Of a stretch of 64,000 bases of DNA, positions 19,400-30,131 are shown one piece after another (position 1 is the stretch's first letter; each line of letters starts with the position of its first letter). Both the position numbers and the translations under genes were made by a program. The DNA lies in the NCBI GenBank assembly GCA_963727485.1, contig CAVSGM010000001.1, positions 1,088,001 through 1,152,000 on the forward strand, read 5' to 3'. The DNA is from an uncultured delta proteobacterium (lineage in GTDB: Bacteria; Myxococcota; Myxococcia; SLRQ01). Below the pieces are notes generated by a model. It saw only the letters and a program-made list of their open reading frames with translations, was not told the DNA's origin and ran no database searches.

Positions 19400-22300
19400 T
19401 CGAGACCCAGGACACCGGCCCGGTCTCCATCGGGCACCTCCTCGAGAAGAGGCGCATCCTGGTCACCGGGGCCACCGGCTTCGTGGGCAAGGTGGCGCTC
19501 TCCATGCTCCTCGACCGGTACCCCGGCGTGGGCAAGGTCTACGTCCTGGTGCGCCCGGGCCTCTCGGGCACCGCCGACGACCGCTTCTTCGGGAAGGTCC
19601 TGGCGTCGCCGCCCTTCGATCCCCTGCGCGCCACCCACGGCGACGGCCTCGAGGCCTGGATGCGCGAGAAGTGCGAGCCGGTCGCCGGCGACGTCACCGA
19701 GCCCAACCTCGGGCTCGCCGACGACGTGGTGGGGCGCCTGGTGGGGCAGGTCGACGTCATCCTCAACTCCGCGGGGATGGTCGACTTCACCCCGCCGCTC
19801 GACCAGTCGCTCCGGGTCAACTCCCAGGGGGCGCGCCACGCCGTGGAGCTCGCCGCGCGGCTGGGCGCCGGGCTGGTCCACGTGTCCACCTGCTTCACCG
19901 CCGGCCAGCGCGACGGCCACGTCTTCGAGGACCTCGACCTCAAGGGCTACTACCCCAAGCGCCCCGACCTCGGCGACGACTTCGACGCCGCCGCCGAGCT
20001 CGAGGACGGGTGGCAGCGCGTCGCCGAGGTGAAGGCGAAGGTCGAGGACCGGGCCCTGCGCGCCGACCTCTCGCGGCTGGCCCGGGAGCGCCTCGAGGCC
20101 GACGGACGGAACCCCGACGACCCGGGTCAGCTCAAGCTCGCCTTCGGCCGCGAGCGCAAGGCCTGGCAGAGCTCGGCGCTCGTCGACCTGGGCATGGACC
20201 GGGCCAAGCTCTGGGGCTGGCAGAACACCTACTGCTACTCCAAGAGCCTGGGCGACCAGCTCATCCTCGACTACGCGGCGACGGTGCCGGGGATGAACGT
20301 GGCGCTCGCCAAGCCCGCGGTGGTGGAGAGCGCGCTCGCCTACCCGTTCCCCGGGTGGAACGAGGGCTTCACCACCTGCGCGCCCCTGATGTACCTGGGG
20401 ATCAAGGGCCATCGGACCTTCCCCTCGGCGCCGGGGACCATCCTCGACGTCATCCCCGTGGACCAGGTGGCGGCCGGGCTCATCGCCATCACCGCCCTGA
20501 CCGCGGCGGGGCGCCAGGAGCAGGTCTACCAGCTGTGCACCGGCGACTCGAACCCCCTGTGGATGGACCGGGTCATCGAGCTCACCGCCCTGGCCCGGCG
20601 CCAGCACTACCGGGGCCGGGAGTCGGGCAGCGCCCGCCTCGACCACCTCCTGTCGCGCATCGAGCCCCTGCCCAAGAGCAAGCGGGTCTACGACCGGGTC
20701 AGCGTCCCCGCGGCCAAGCGCCTCACCGACCGGCTGCGCAACGCCATCGACCGGGTGGAGCCCACCTGGGGCGCGCCCATGGTCAAGGGGCTCCTCGACG
20801 AGGCGCGCAGCACCCTCGACCGGGTCGACGGCTTCCACGACGAGCGGGGGATGCTCTTCAATCTCTACATGCCGTTCCTCACCGAGGCGCGCTACACCTT
20901 CCGCGCCGACCGGATGAACCGCCTGGCGGCGCGGATGACCCCCGAGGATCGGGAGAAGCTCGGCTGGGATCCGGCGGGGATCCACTGGCGTGACTACTGG
21001 CTCGACACCCACGTGAAGGGCCTCAAGCGCTGGGTCTTCCCCAACCTCGAGGAGGAGCTGGGGAACCGCGGGCGCCGGCGCGAGCGGCCCGCCCGGGACC
21101 TCCTGGAGCTGCTGCAGCTCTCGGTGCGCCGCCACGGGAAGCGCTGGGCGCTCCGGCAGGTCGAGGACGGAACGCGAGGCGCGCTACACCTACGAGGAGC
21201 TGTGGCGTTTCGCCGAGCGCGCCGCCGGCCACCTCGCCGCCGAGGCCCGCCTCGCCGCCGGGGAGCGGGTGATGCTCCTCTCCGAGAACCGCCCCGAGTG
21301 GCCCATGGCCTTCTTCGGGGTGCTCCGGGCCGGAGGCGTGGTGGTGCCGGTGGACGCCGACGCCTCGGCCGCCGAGGTGGCCAACCTCGCCAAGGCCAGC
21401 GGCGCCCGGGCGGTGATCCTCTCCGACGAGGTGCGCGATCGCCTCGGCGGGGCGCTGGCCGCGGCCCTCGACCAGCGGGGACAGGACCCGGCCGTCGTCG
21501 ACCTCGCCGCGCTCTTCGCCCCCGGCCCCGAGACGCCGGCCCTCCCGCGCCTCAAGGCCGACACCCTGGCGTCCGTCATCTTCACCAGCGGCACCACCGG
21601 CACGCCCAAGGGCGTGATGCTCACCCACCGCAACTTCACCTCGCTCACCGCGAAGCTCACCTCGGTCTTCGATCTCAAGCCCGCCGAGGGGGTGCTCTCG
21701 GTCCTGCCGCTCCACCACACCTTCGAGTTCACCTGCGGCCTGCTCACGCCGCTGGCCCAGGGCGCCGAGATCACCTACCTCGGCGAGCTCACCGCCGACG
21801 CCCTCTCCGACGCCCTGCGCGGCGGGCGCATCACCGCCATGGTCGGGGTGCCGGCCCTGTGGCAGACCCTCCACCGGCGCATCGAGCAGGACCTCGAGGC
21901 CCGGGGCCCCTGGGCCAGGGAGCTGGTCCACGGGATCATGTCCCTGAACCGCGAGCTCCGGGACCGGACGCCCATCAACCTGGGCAAGCTCCTCTTCCTC
22001 CCGGTGCACCGGCGCCTGGGCAACGTGCGCTTCCTGGTGAGCGGCGGCTCGGCGCTCCCGCCCGAGGTCCTCGAGGCCTTCCAGGGCCTGGGCTTCGATC
22101 TCTACGAGGGCTACGGCCTCACCGAGGCGGCGCCGGTGATCACCGTCAGCCGCCCCGGCGAGGGGGCCAAGGTCGGCTCGGTGGGCCAGGCGCTGCCGGG
22201 CCTCGAGGTGCGCATCTCCGACCCCGACGGCGAGGGGGTGGGCGAGGTCGTGGCCCGGGGCCCGAGCGTGATGCAGGGCTACTTCGGCGACACCGCCGCC

Positions 22301-23911
22301 ACCGAGGCCACCCTCGAGGGCGGGTGGCTGCACACCGGCGACCTCGGCCGCCTCGACGCCGACGGCAACCTCTACATCGTCGGCCGGGCCAAGGACGTCA
22401 TCGTCGACGCCGGGGGCAAGAACATCTACCCCGACGAGATCGAGACCCTCTACGGCGAGCACCCCTATCTCCTGGAGCTCTGCGTGGTGGGCCTCGCCGA
22501 GACCGGCTCGAAGGGCGAGCGGGTAGCCTGCCTCGCCGTCCCCGACTACGAGGCCGGCGAGCAGGCCGGCCTCTCCCGCGACGAGGTGAGGGCCCAGGTG
22601 CGCGCCCACTTCCGCGACGTCGGGGCCACGCTGCCCCTCTACCGGCGCATCAAGGTCCTCCACCTCTGGGACGGCGAGCTCCCACGCACGGCCACCCGCA
22701 AGGTGCGCCGGCCGATGGTGGTCACCGAGCTGGGGCGCCTGGAGCGCGCCAGCCGGGCCACCGGGGGCAAGGCGCCACCGCCCCGGCGCGAGGGGGCGGC
22801 GTGGGTCACCGGCCTGGTCGCCGCGGTGGCGCAGAAGCAGGCCGACCAGGTGCGCCCCGAGGACAAGCTGGTCGACGACCTGGGCCTCGACTCCCTGGGC
22901 CTCTCCGAGCTCGGCGCCGCGGTGGAGGAGGCCGGGGTGCGCCTCCCCGAGGGCCTCGAGGCCGAGCTCCAGGGGGCCACCGTCGCCGACCTGGCCCGGA
23001 TCGTCGCCGCCGCCCCGCGCACCTCCGCCAAGACGCCGACCAAGGCGCCGGTGGCGGTGGGCGAGCTCGAGCTCCCCGAGGTGGTGGCGCGCCTGGGTAC
23101 CCGGGCCCTGCGCCTCGGCCAGCGGGCGATCTACGAGCAGCTCCTCGAGGTCCGGGTCATGGGCCAGGAGCACCTGCCCACCCAGGGCTCGGTGCTGGTC
23201 GCCGCCAACCACTCCAGCCACCTCGACATGGGCCTGGTGAAGCACGCCCTCGGCGAGCAGGGCGACCGGCTGGCCACGCTCGCGGCCCGCGACTACTTCT
23301 TCGGCACGCCCCTGCGCCGCCTCTACTTCGGCAGCTTCACCAACCTGCTCCCCATGGAGCGCGAGGGGTCGGTGCGCGAGAGCCTGCGGCTCGCCGGCCA
23401 GGCCCTGCACCGGGGCCACCACCTGCTCATCTTCCCCGAGGGCACCCGGTCGACCAGCGGGGAGATGGCGCCGTTCCTCCCCAGCGTCGGCTACCTCGCC
23501 CTCCAGCAGAAGGCCGACGTCCTCCCCATGTACCTCGGCGGCACCCACGACGCCCTCCCCAAGGGCGCCAGCCTCCCCAAGCGGATGCCCCTGCGGGTGG
23601 CCATCGGGCCGGTGATCCCGGTGTCGGTCCTCGCCGCGGCCACCGAGGGGCTCGGGCGCCAGGACACCTACCGCCTGGCCACGGCGATCATCGAGGACGC
23701 GGTCTGCGCCCTCCGGGACGCACGGTCGAAGCGCACCCCCGCCGAGATCCGCGCCGGGCTCGACGGCCTCGGCGAGACCCGGGACGCCCGGGCCCAGCGG
23801 GCCGCCCTCGACGAGGCCGAGGGGGTCGCGGGGGCCGACCGGACCCCGGACGCCCTCCCCGACGACGACGCACCTGCGGCCGCCCCCCACATCGAGGAGC
23901 TCGACGGATGA
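19396..23911 (+). CDS. elbD: ElbD-like multidomain ether-lipid enzyme (fatty acyl reductase - acyl-CoA synthetase - ACP - acyltransferase); apparent frameshift near 21172
   Basis: TGATGFVGK and YCYSK (reductase); [21 protein letters not shown] (AMP-binding); LGLDSL (ACP Ser); NHSSHLD and FPEGTRS (PlsC-type). Confidence 0.85.
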
Positions 23912-24912
23912 GTCGCACCGTCCTGGTCACCGGCGGCACCGGGTTCCTGGGCCGGCACCTGGTCCACCACCTCCTCGGCACCGGCGCCAAGGTGCGCGTG
24001 CTGGCCCGGGGCGAGGACGAGGCCCTCACCGCGGCCGGGGCCGAGGTCCGCGCCGGCTCCATCCTCGACCCCCAGGCCGTCGCCTCCGCGGCGAAGGGCT
24101 GCGAGGCGGTGCTCCACTGCGCCGGCCTGGTCTCCCGGGACCCGGAGCACGCCGCGCGTCTCTACCAGCTCCACATCGAGGGCACCCGCACCGTGCTCAC
24201 CGCCGCGGCCGAGGCCGGGGTGGGGCGCCTGGTGCTGGCGAGCACCAGCGGCACCGTGGCCGTGTCGCGGGACCCGGAGCCCGTCCCCGACGAGACCTTC
24301 CCCGACCCCATCGAGCTCATCGGCGCCTGGCCCTACTACACCAGCAAGCTCTACCAGGAGCGCGCGGCCTTCCGCCTCGGCGCCGAGCTCGGGGTGGAGG
24401 TGGTCTCGGCGAACCCCAGCCTGCTCCTCGGCCCCGGCGACGTCCGGGTCTCCTCGGTGGGCGACGTCCTCAACTTCCTCCAGCGCGACGTGCCGGTGGT
24501 GCCCCCCGGCGGCCTCTCCTTCGTCGACGCCCGGGACGTCGCCGTGGCCATGACCACCCTCCTCGACCGGGGCGAACCGGGGCAGCGCTACCTCCTCACC
24601 GGCGCCAACCTGTCCTTCGAGCACTTCTTCGATCGCCTGGCCCACATCTCCGGGGTCGACCCGCCCCGGATGCGCCTGCCCAAGGAGGCCCTGCGACTGG
24701 GGGCCCGGGCCCTGGACCTCGCCGGCAAGGCGCTGCGCTTCACCCCCAAGGTCGACCCGGTGAGCGCCGCCATGGCCGAGGTCTTCTGGTACGCCGACGA
24801 CGCCAAGGCGCGCCGGGAGCTCGACTTCGTCTCCCGGGACCCCTACGAGACCCTCGCCGACACCGTGCTCGACCTCAAGGAGCGGGGGCTCTGGGAGCCG
24901 AGGGCCGCCTGA
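23908..24912 (+). CDS. NAD-dependent epimerase/dehydratase (ElbE-like)
   Basis: TGGTGFLG, HCAG, YYTSK, FVDARDVA; directly follows elbD. Confidence 0.88.
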   Translation: MSRTVLVTGGTGFLGRHLVHHLLGTGAKVRVLARGEDEALTAAGAEVRAGSILDPQAVASAAKGCEAVLHCAGLVSRDPEHAARLYQLHIEGTRTVLTAAAEAGVGRLVLASTSGTVAVSRDPEPVPDETFPDPIELIGAWPYYTSKLYQERAAFRLGAELGVEVVSANPSLLLGPGDVRVSSVGDVLNFLQRDVPVVPPGGLSFVDARDVAVAMTTLLDRGEPGQRYLLTGANLSFEHFFDRLAHISGVDPPRMRLPKEALRLGARALDLAGKALRFTPKVDPVSAAMAEVFWYADDAKARRELDFVSRDPYETLADTVLDLKERGLWEPRAA

Positions 24913-25256
24913 TGCCGCCGCCGTTCACCCGACACGTCTTCATCTGCACCAACGAGCGCCCCCCGGGCCACCCCAAGGGCGACTGCCTCTCCAAGGGCGG
25001 GCCCGAGGTGGTCCAGGCCTTCAAGGCCGAGCTGGCGCAGCGCGGGCTCAAGGGCAGCATCCGGGCCCAGCGCGCCGGCTGCCTCGACAACTGCGCCCTG
25101 GGGGTGAGCGTGGTCGTCTACCCCGAGGCCGTGTGGTACGCCCACGTCACCGTCGACGACGTCGCCGAGATCGTGGAGCGGCACCTGGTGGGCGGGGAGC
25201 CGGTCGAGCGCCTGCGGATCTACCAGGGCGACGCCGGGCCGGCGCGCCAAGCCTAG
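24912..25256 (+). CDS. Thioredoxin-like [2Fe-2S] ferredoxin
   Basis: HVFICTN..C, AGCLDNC..G..VVVYPE.VWY. Confidence 0.9.
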   Translation: MPPPFTRHVFICTNERPPGHPKGDCLSKGGPEVVQAFKAELAQRGLKGSIRAQRAGCLDNCALGVSVVVYPEAVWYAHVTVDDVAEIVERHLVGGEPVERLRIYQGDAGPARQA

Positions 25257-25612
25257 GCGGTCGCCAGGAGCGCCGCGGCCACCTTCGCCACCGCCGACGC
25301 CGCCTCCAGCGCCAGCGCCGGCCGGTCACCCTCCTCGGAGAGGTAATGGAGGCGCAGCTCCACCCGGCCCGTCGCCGGCACCACCAGGAGCCGGTGGCCG
25401 CCCGTAAGCTCCAGGTCCCACACCGACGGCACCCGGGTGTGGTCCACGTGCCCGGCGGCGACCAGGGCGGCCCGGAGGTCCTCCCACGAGGACACCGGCG
25501 CCGCCAGCCTCACCCGCCAGGTGAGGTGGCGATAGCAGCCGTGGGCCATGGTGACCGCGGCCCAGTCGTTCGACAGCGCGTCGAGGGTGCCGTCGTCCCC
25601 GTCACCCGACAT
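25253..25612 (-). CDS. Hypothetical protein, last gene of ParA/roadblock/V4R operon
   Basis: Overlaps the upstream gene end; plausible codon usage. Confidence 0.6.
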   Translation of the reverse strand: MSGDGDDGTLDALSNDWAAVTMAHGCYRHLTWRVRLAAPVSSWEDLRAALVAAGHVDHTRVPSVWDLELTGGHRLLVVPATGRVELRLHYLSEEGDRPALALEAASAVAKVAAALLATA

Positions 25613-26879
25613 GGGTGACGACGACCTCGGAGTACGGGTACCCCATGGCCGTGGACCGGGTCTGCTCCACCTTCCAGGGCAGGGTGCCGCCGTGGAAGAG
25701 CGACTGGTAGAGCTCGGGGGTGAGCTGCACCGGCTTCGTCCAGTCGACCCGGTGGGCGAGCTGGGCGATGGCCAGCGCCGCCCCCTGGAAGAAGTACTCG
25801 GGAGGCCGTTTCGCGACCCCGTGGCGGGTGCGGTAGTAGACGCTCTCGTAGGTGGCCGGGGCGCGCACCACCAGCCGCTCGCCGGGGACGAACTCGTGAA
25901 GGGTCCAGTGGCCGAAGCCCAGCGCCCGGGCGATGGCCAGGGCCCCGGCGACGATGGGCCGCGGCTCCCCGGAGTGGGGCCCGACCATCCCCTCCCACTC
26001 GGGCGAGGCGAGGATGCCGCCGAAGGTGTTGAACACGCACACGTGCCCGCTCTCCCGGAGGAGGTCCTCGAAGACGCCCACCGAGCCCGGGGCCCGGCGC
26101 TCGACGTCGAGGAGGGTGTCGTAGGAGATCCGGTTGTAGTAGCCGGCGAGGTGCATGGTGACGAAGACCCCGAAGGCCTGCACCAGGCCCCGGGCGTCCC
26201 CGGCGACCCCGGCGGTGAAGTCCCGCAGACCGCCGGCGATGGTGGCGATGGTCTCCTCGTCCTCGCCGTCGAAGGTGGGCTTCACCTGGGCGGCGGCCTC
26301 GGTGCCGGTGACCACGGGTACCGCCGGGGTGGGCGAGCCCGCGGCGGCGATCTCGAAGCGGCACTGCTCGGCGCGCAGCGCCACGCAGGCGGTCTCGGTG
26401 GCGTCGAGGGTCTCCCGGGCGACGCCGTAGGCGACCTCGGTGGCGGCGGCGGCGAAGCCCGCGGCGAAGGCGTCGGCGGGGTGGCGGCGGCGGATCTTCT
26501 GCCCGTACTTCTCGTGCCAGGCGAAGCCGTAGTGGAGGAACTCGCCGATGGCGTTGCCCCCGGTGGCGTCGGCGCGCACCGAGAGGCGGCCGTGGCCCAT
26601 GGCGGCGAAGGTCTCCATGGCGCACTGCATCCGCTCCACCGGCGTCACCGCACCGGTGCGCTCGCAGAGGGCCGAGAGGAAGGTGTGGGCCGCCTCCCGG
26701 GCGGCAACGAAGCGCAGCCGGGCCCCGGCCTCGGGTCCCAGGGCGTCGTCGACGGTCTGGTCGAGGAAGAGGTTGAAGTGGTGGCAGTGGTAGACCGCGG
26801 GCACCCCGACCATGGTCATCAGGTCGTAGCCGGGGAGGTAGGCGCGGGGGGACTCGGTGGGGGTCTCGGGGGTGGTCAT
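25602..26879 (-). CDS. Tandem V4R-like ligand-binding domain protein
   Basis: YHCHHFN; FAAMGHG; ETACVA....CRFE V4R-type Cys motif; second half has ALGFG and EQTRSTAMG..YSE equivalent. Confidence 0.7.
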   Translation of the reverse strand: MTTPETPTESPRAYLPGYDLMTMVGVPAVYHCHHFNLFLDQTVDDALGPEAGARLRFVAAREAAHTFLSALCERTGAVTPVERMQCAMETFAAMGHGRLSVRADATGGNAIGEFLHYGFAWHEKYGQKIRRRHPADAFAAGFAAAATEVAYGVARETLDATETACVALRAEQCRFEIAAAGSPTPAVPVVTGTEAAAQVKPTFDGEDEETIATIAGGLRDFTAGVAGDARGLVQAFGVFVTMHLAGYYNRISYDTLLDVERRAPGSVGVFEDLLRESGHVCVFNTFGGILASPEWEGMVGPHSGEPRPIVAGALAIARALGFGHWTLHEFVPGERLVVRAPATYESVYYRTRHGVAKRPPEYFFQGAALAIAQLAHRVDWTKPVQLTPELYQSLFHGGTLPWKVEQTRSTAMGYPYSEVVVTHVG

Positions 26880-26891
26880 CGTCGCCTCGCG

Positions 26892-27471
26892 TCAGATGGA
26901 GAGGGTCTCGAGGCCGAGGATGTCCTTCACGGACTCCTCGAAGGCGTCGAGCTGCTCCGGGGTGAGGGCCTCGGCCTTGCGCAACGACTCCAGGGGGACG
27001 CCGGTCCGCAGGGCCACGCGGGCCAGGGCGGCGTGGGGATCCGGGGCGTACTTCTCCAGGAACTCGGTGATCCGGAATCCCCCGGGGACGCTCCTTGACC
27101 TCGAGGCGCGGGAGCACCGGCTCGAGGCGCTCGAGGAGGCGCTTGGTGTACATCCGCACCATGCCCAGGGGCGCCTCGCGCTCGAAGGCGAAGGTGACCA
27201 CGAAGTCGCCGTGGAGCTCCCGGAGCACCAGGAGCAGGTCCGCGGACTCGATGGTGACCTGCATCTCCGCCGACCAGCTCTTGAGGGCCTTGAGCCCCTC
27301 GCGGTTGGCGCGGACCAGGTCGCCGAAGAACGAGGCGGTGTCCTCGGGGACCCAGGTCTCCTCGGCGGTGGTCCAGGCATCGAAGAGCAGGCAGTCGGGC
27401 ATCGCGGTCACGAAGACCCCGCGCAGCGACGGCACATCGGCGACAACGTCCTTGAGATGGGGCCGTTCCAT
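26892..27471 (-). CDS. Roadblock/LC7-like protein with helical C-terminal domain; apparent frameshift near 27077
   Basis: LRGVFVT..DCLLFD, QVTIES, LLLVLREL, APLGMVR; C-terminus ITEFLEKYAPDPH in the second frame. Confidence 0.65.
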
Positions 27472-28142
27472 CAGGCTTCTCCTCGAGCTCTCACCGAGAG
27501 CTGGGTGATTCGGCGGATTCGGTGGACCATGTCCCGGTTCAGGGCGCCTCCGAGGACCAGGCCCACGGCGAGGCGGCCGGCGGAGGTGTCGGACCAGATG
27601 ACCTGGAGCACGTTCTGGTGGTCGAGCTCCACGGTGGAGCTGCCGGCGACCGGGGAGGGGACGAAGCGGGCGATGGTCTCCTGGGCGCGGCCCAGGGGTC
27701 CCACCGCCGCGAGATAGCTCTCGGGGGCGTTCCGGTTGGTCAGGGGCAGCCCGTCGGTGTCGGTGACGAAGGCGGCGTAGGCGCCGGTGCCCCCCATGAG
27801 CCAGTCGACGAAGGCGGCGAGGCGCGCCTCCATGTTCAGGGTGTCGGCGTAGACCCCGAAGACGGTGGCCTCGAGGTCCGCCTCGTCGAGCTCGGCGATG
27901 GTCGGGAGGCCCGCGTCGTCCTCGGCGTCGAGGGTGTCGGCGGGGTCGGCGGGGTCGGCGGGGGGCACGGCCGCGGCGGGGGGCCGGGGCGCCGCCACCA
28001 CCGGGGCGGGCGGTCCGGGCGAGGTGAAGGCCTCGACGCCCAGGGGCGCCGTCGGCGCCGCGGGGGCGTCTTGGACCCCCGCCCGGGCGAGGAGGCGCGC
28101 CAGGGCCTCGCGGTCAGGTAAGAAGCGGGATCGGGCCATCAT
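27471..28142 (-). CDS. Protein with Pro/Ala-rich N-terminus and C-terminal roadblock/LC7-like domain
   Basis: GAYAAFVTDTDGLPL roadblock-like signature. Confidence 0.65.
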   Translation of the reverse strand: MMARSRFLPDREALARLLARAGVQDAPAAPTAPLGVEAFTSPGPPAPVVAAPRPPAAAVPPADPADPADTLDAEDDAGLPTIAELDEADLEATVFGVYADTLNMEARLAAFVDWLMGGTGAYAAFVTDTDGLPLTNRNAPESYLAAVGPLGRAQETIARFVPSPVAGSSTVELDHQNVLQVIWSDTSAGRLAVGLVLGGALNRDMVHRIRRITQLSVRARGEA

Positions 28143-28917
28143 CGGTCTCGTCGGTTGCCAGCCCCACCCGGTGCTCGAGCTCGGTGGCGGCCTGGTCGAA
28201 GAGGGCGGCCGCCGGGGGCGCCTGGCGGCGGAGGAGGCCCACGGGGACGCCGGCCCCGCTCGCCTGGAGGAAGACCGGGTCCCGGGGGACGGTGGTCTTG
28301 AGCACTGCGGCCTCGGGGAGCTCGGTGGCCGCCTCCAGGGCCACCCCCGCCGACTCGGCGTCGCCGCGGTCGACCATGGTGAGGAGGAAGCCGCCGAGGG
28401 TCACCTGGGCGCCCTCCTCGCGCAGGGCCCCGATGACCTCCAGGAGCTGGGCCGCGGAGCGCAGGGCCAAGGGCTCGGACTGGAGGGGGCTGATGACCGA
28501 GTGGGCCACCCGCATCACCCCCAGGGTGGCGCCGGTGAACCCCGAGGGGGTGTCGAGGAGGAGGACGTCGAAGCGGGGCGTCGCCTCGGCCACCAGGCGC
28601 CGCAGCGCCTTGCCGTCGGCGAGACGCGAGGCGAAGGCGTGGGTCGCCTGGATGGCGAGGTTGCCCACCGGGAGGAGGTGGAGCTCGGAGAGCCGGGTCC
28701 GCATCATCACCGCGTCCAGGGTGAGCTCCCGGGCGACGTAGCCGGCGAGGCCGGGCCCGGTCTTCATGCCCTGGAGCGAGAGCCCGACGCCGCCCTGGGG
28801 GTCGGTGTCCGCGAGGAGCACCCGGTGCCCCCGCCGCGCCAGGGCGAAGGCGGTGTTGAGGGCGACGGTGGTCTTGCCCACGCCGCCCTTCTGGCTCACC
28901 ACGCCGATGACTTTCAT
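28114..28917 (-). CDS. ParA/MinD-family ATPase
   Basis: Deviant Walker A SQKGGVGKTT, DTDPQG, LLDTPSG, FLLTM. Confidence 0.92.
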   Translation of the reverse strand: MKVIGVVSQKGGVGKTTVALNTAFALARRGHRVLLADTDPQGGVGLSLQGMKTGPGLAGYVARELTLDAVMMRTRLSELHLLPVGNLAIQATHAFASRLADGKALRRLVAEATPRFDVLLLDTPSGFTGATLGVMRVAHSVISPLQSEPLALRSAAQLLEVIGALREEGAQVTLGGFLLTMVDRGDAESAGVALEAATELPEAAVLKTTVPRDPVFLQASGAGVPVGLLRRQAPPAAALFDQAATELEHRVGLATDETDDGPIPLLT

Positions 28918-29846
28918 TGGTTCCTCATCCGGGCCTCGAGGCGTTCGATGTTGTGGGCCACCCGCCGGTCGTCGGGGCGCTGGTCCCGGCAGGCGCGGAA
29001 GAGCTCGAGGGCGCGGTCGAGATCGCGCCGCACGTAGGCCTGGGTGGCTTCGCGGAACAGGTCGTCGTAGGTGGGCCCGGTCTCCTCGGCGGCCGGCGGG
29101 GGCTCCGGTTCCGGCACCAGGGCCAGGGGCGGCCCCGGGGGCGCCTCCGGGGCGTCGGCGGCGTCGAGAGAGAGCACGCCCCGCTCCAGGAGCCGGGCCA
29201 GGGCCCGGGCGGTGGCGAAGCGGCCGGCCCGGGACGACTCGAGGATGTCCCCGGCGGTGGCGATGCCGTCGACGAGCTCGAGGACCAGGCTCTCGGTGGG
29301 CGTGGGGCGCCGCTCGGCGAGGCGCGCCTCCGCCGCCGCCGCCCGGGTGGGGATCCGGTCGAGGTGGCCGAGGCGCTCGAGGTGGGCGGCGTGGAGCTTC
29401 TGCTTGAGGAGCTGGATGCCCCGGGACACCGAGGGGTTGTCCGGAGCCACCTTGCGCATCCGGTAGAGGACGTCGAGGGCCTCGTCGTAGCGCTTCTCCC
29501 GGAGCAGGGTCACGAACCGGGCCTTGTCCAGGGTGGGGTCGTCGGCGAGCCCGACGTCGGCCCCGTCCTCGAGCTCCTCGACCACCGCCCGGAGCGCCGC
29601 CGGCGCCGGGTCCCGGCGCTCCACCGGCTCCACCGCCGGGGCCGGCGCCTCGTCCGGCGCGGCGGGGGCGTCCTCGTGGCCCTCGGCGGCCAGGGCCGCG
29701 AGGTACTCGTCCGCCCGGGGATCCGCCGCGTCGAGGAGCCGGGCCTCCCGCCAGCACCGCGCCGCCTCGTCGAAGCGGTTCATGGCGTAGAGGTCGAGGC
29801 CGGTGCGCAGGAGCACCTCGAGGCGGCTCTTGGGGCTGGAGGCCAT
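28914..29846 (-). CDS. TPR protein with winged-helix (DUF4388 C-terminal-like) segment
   Basis: Three TPR-like blocks; VLELVDGIATAGDIL..S....F.T.RALARLLERG. Confidence 0.65.
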   Translation of the reverse strand: MASSPKSRLEVLLRTGLDLYAMNRFDEAARCWREARLLDAADPRADEYLAALAAEGHEDAPAAPDEAPAPAVEPVERRDPAPAALRAVVEELEDGADVGLADDPTLDKARFVTLLREKRYDEALDVLYRMRKVAPDNPSVSRGIQLLKQKLHAAHLERLGHLDRIPTRAAAAEARLAERRPTPTESLVLELVDGIATAGDILESSRAGRFATARALARLLERGVLSLDAADAPEAPPGPPLALVPEPEPPPAAEETGPTYDDLFREATQAYVRRDLDRALELFRACRDQRPDDRRVAHNIERLEARMRNQ

Positions 29847-30131
29847 TCGGGCGGTCGGCGTCGGGTCGGGGGGTGGGGTCTGGATGGAGGGCGCCGTGGA
29901 TCGCCGGCCGCGCGAGGATTGCCTCAGAGGCAATCCTCGCGTTTCGGTCGGTCGCTGGGTTTCTTCACCACGTGGAGCCTCGGAGGGGATGTGCCCAGGG
30001 GCCGGGCCTGGCTGGTCCGGGAACTGGGCACCTCTTCCGGCGTAATCGAGGCCCATCCTCGATGCAAGTCAGGAGTTGGACCGGCGGGACCATGTAATGG
30101 CCACCCCCAGGTGCGCGCGAGGGCGCTGCCG

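Noticed and set aside
18442..24912. 2156-aa ORF as a giant reductase
   Set aside because: Joins the elbD N-terminal half and the downstream SDR through off-frame sequence created by the indel near 21172
28114..28917. Plasmid or chromosome partition locus
   Set aside because: No parB, parS or rep gene nearby; ParA is embedded in a signalling-type operon
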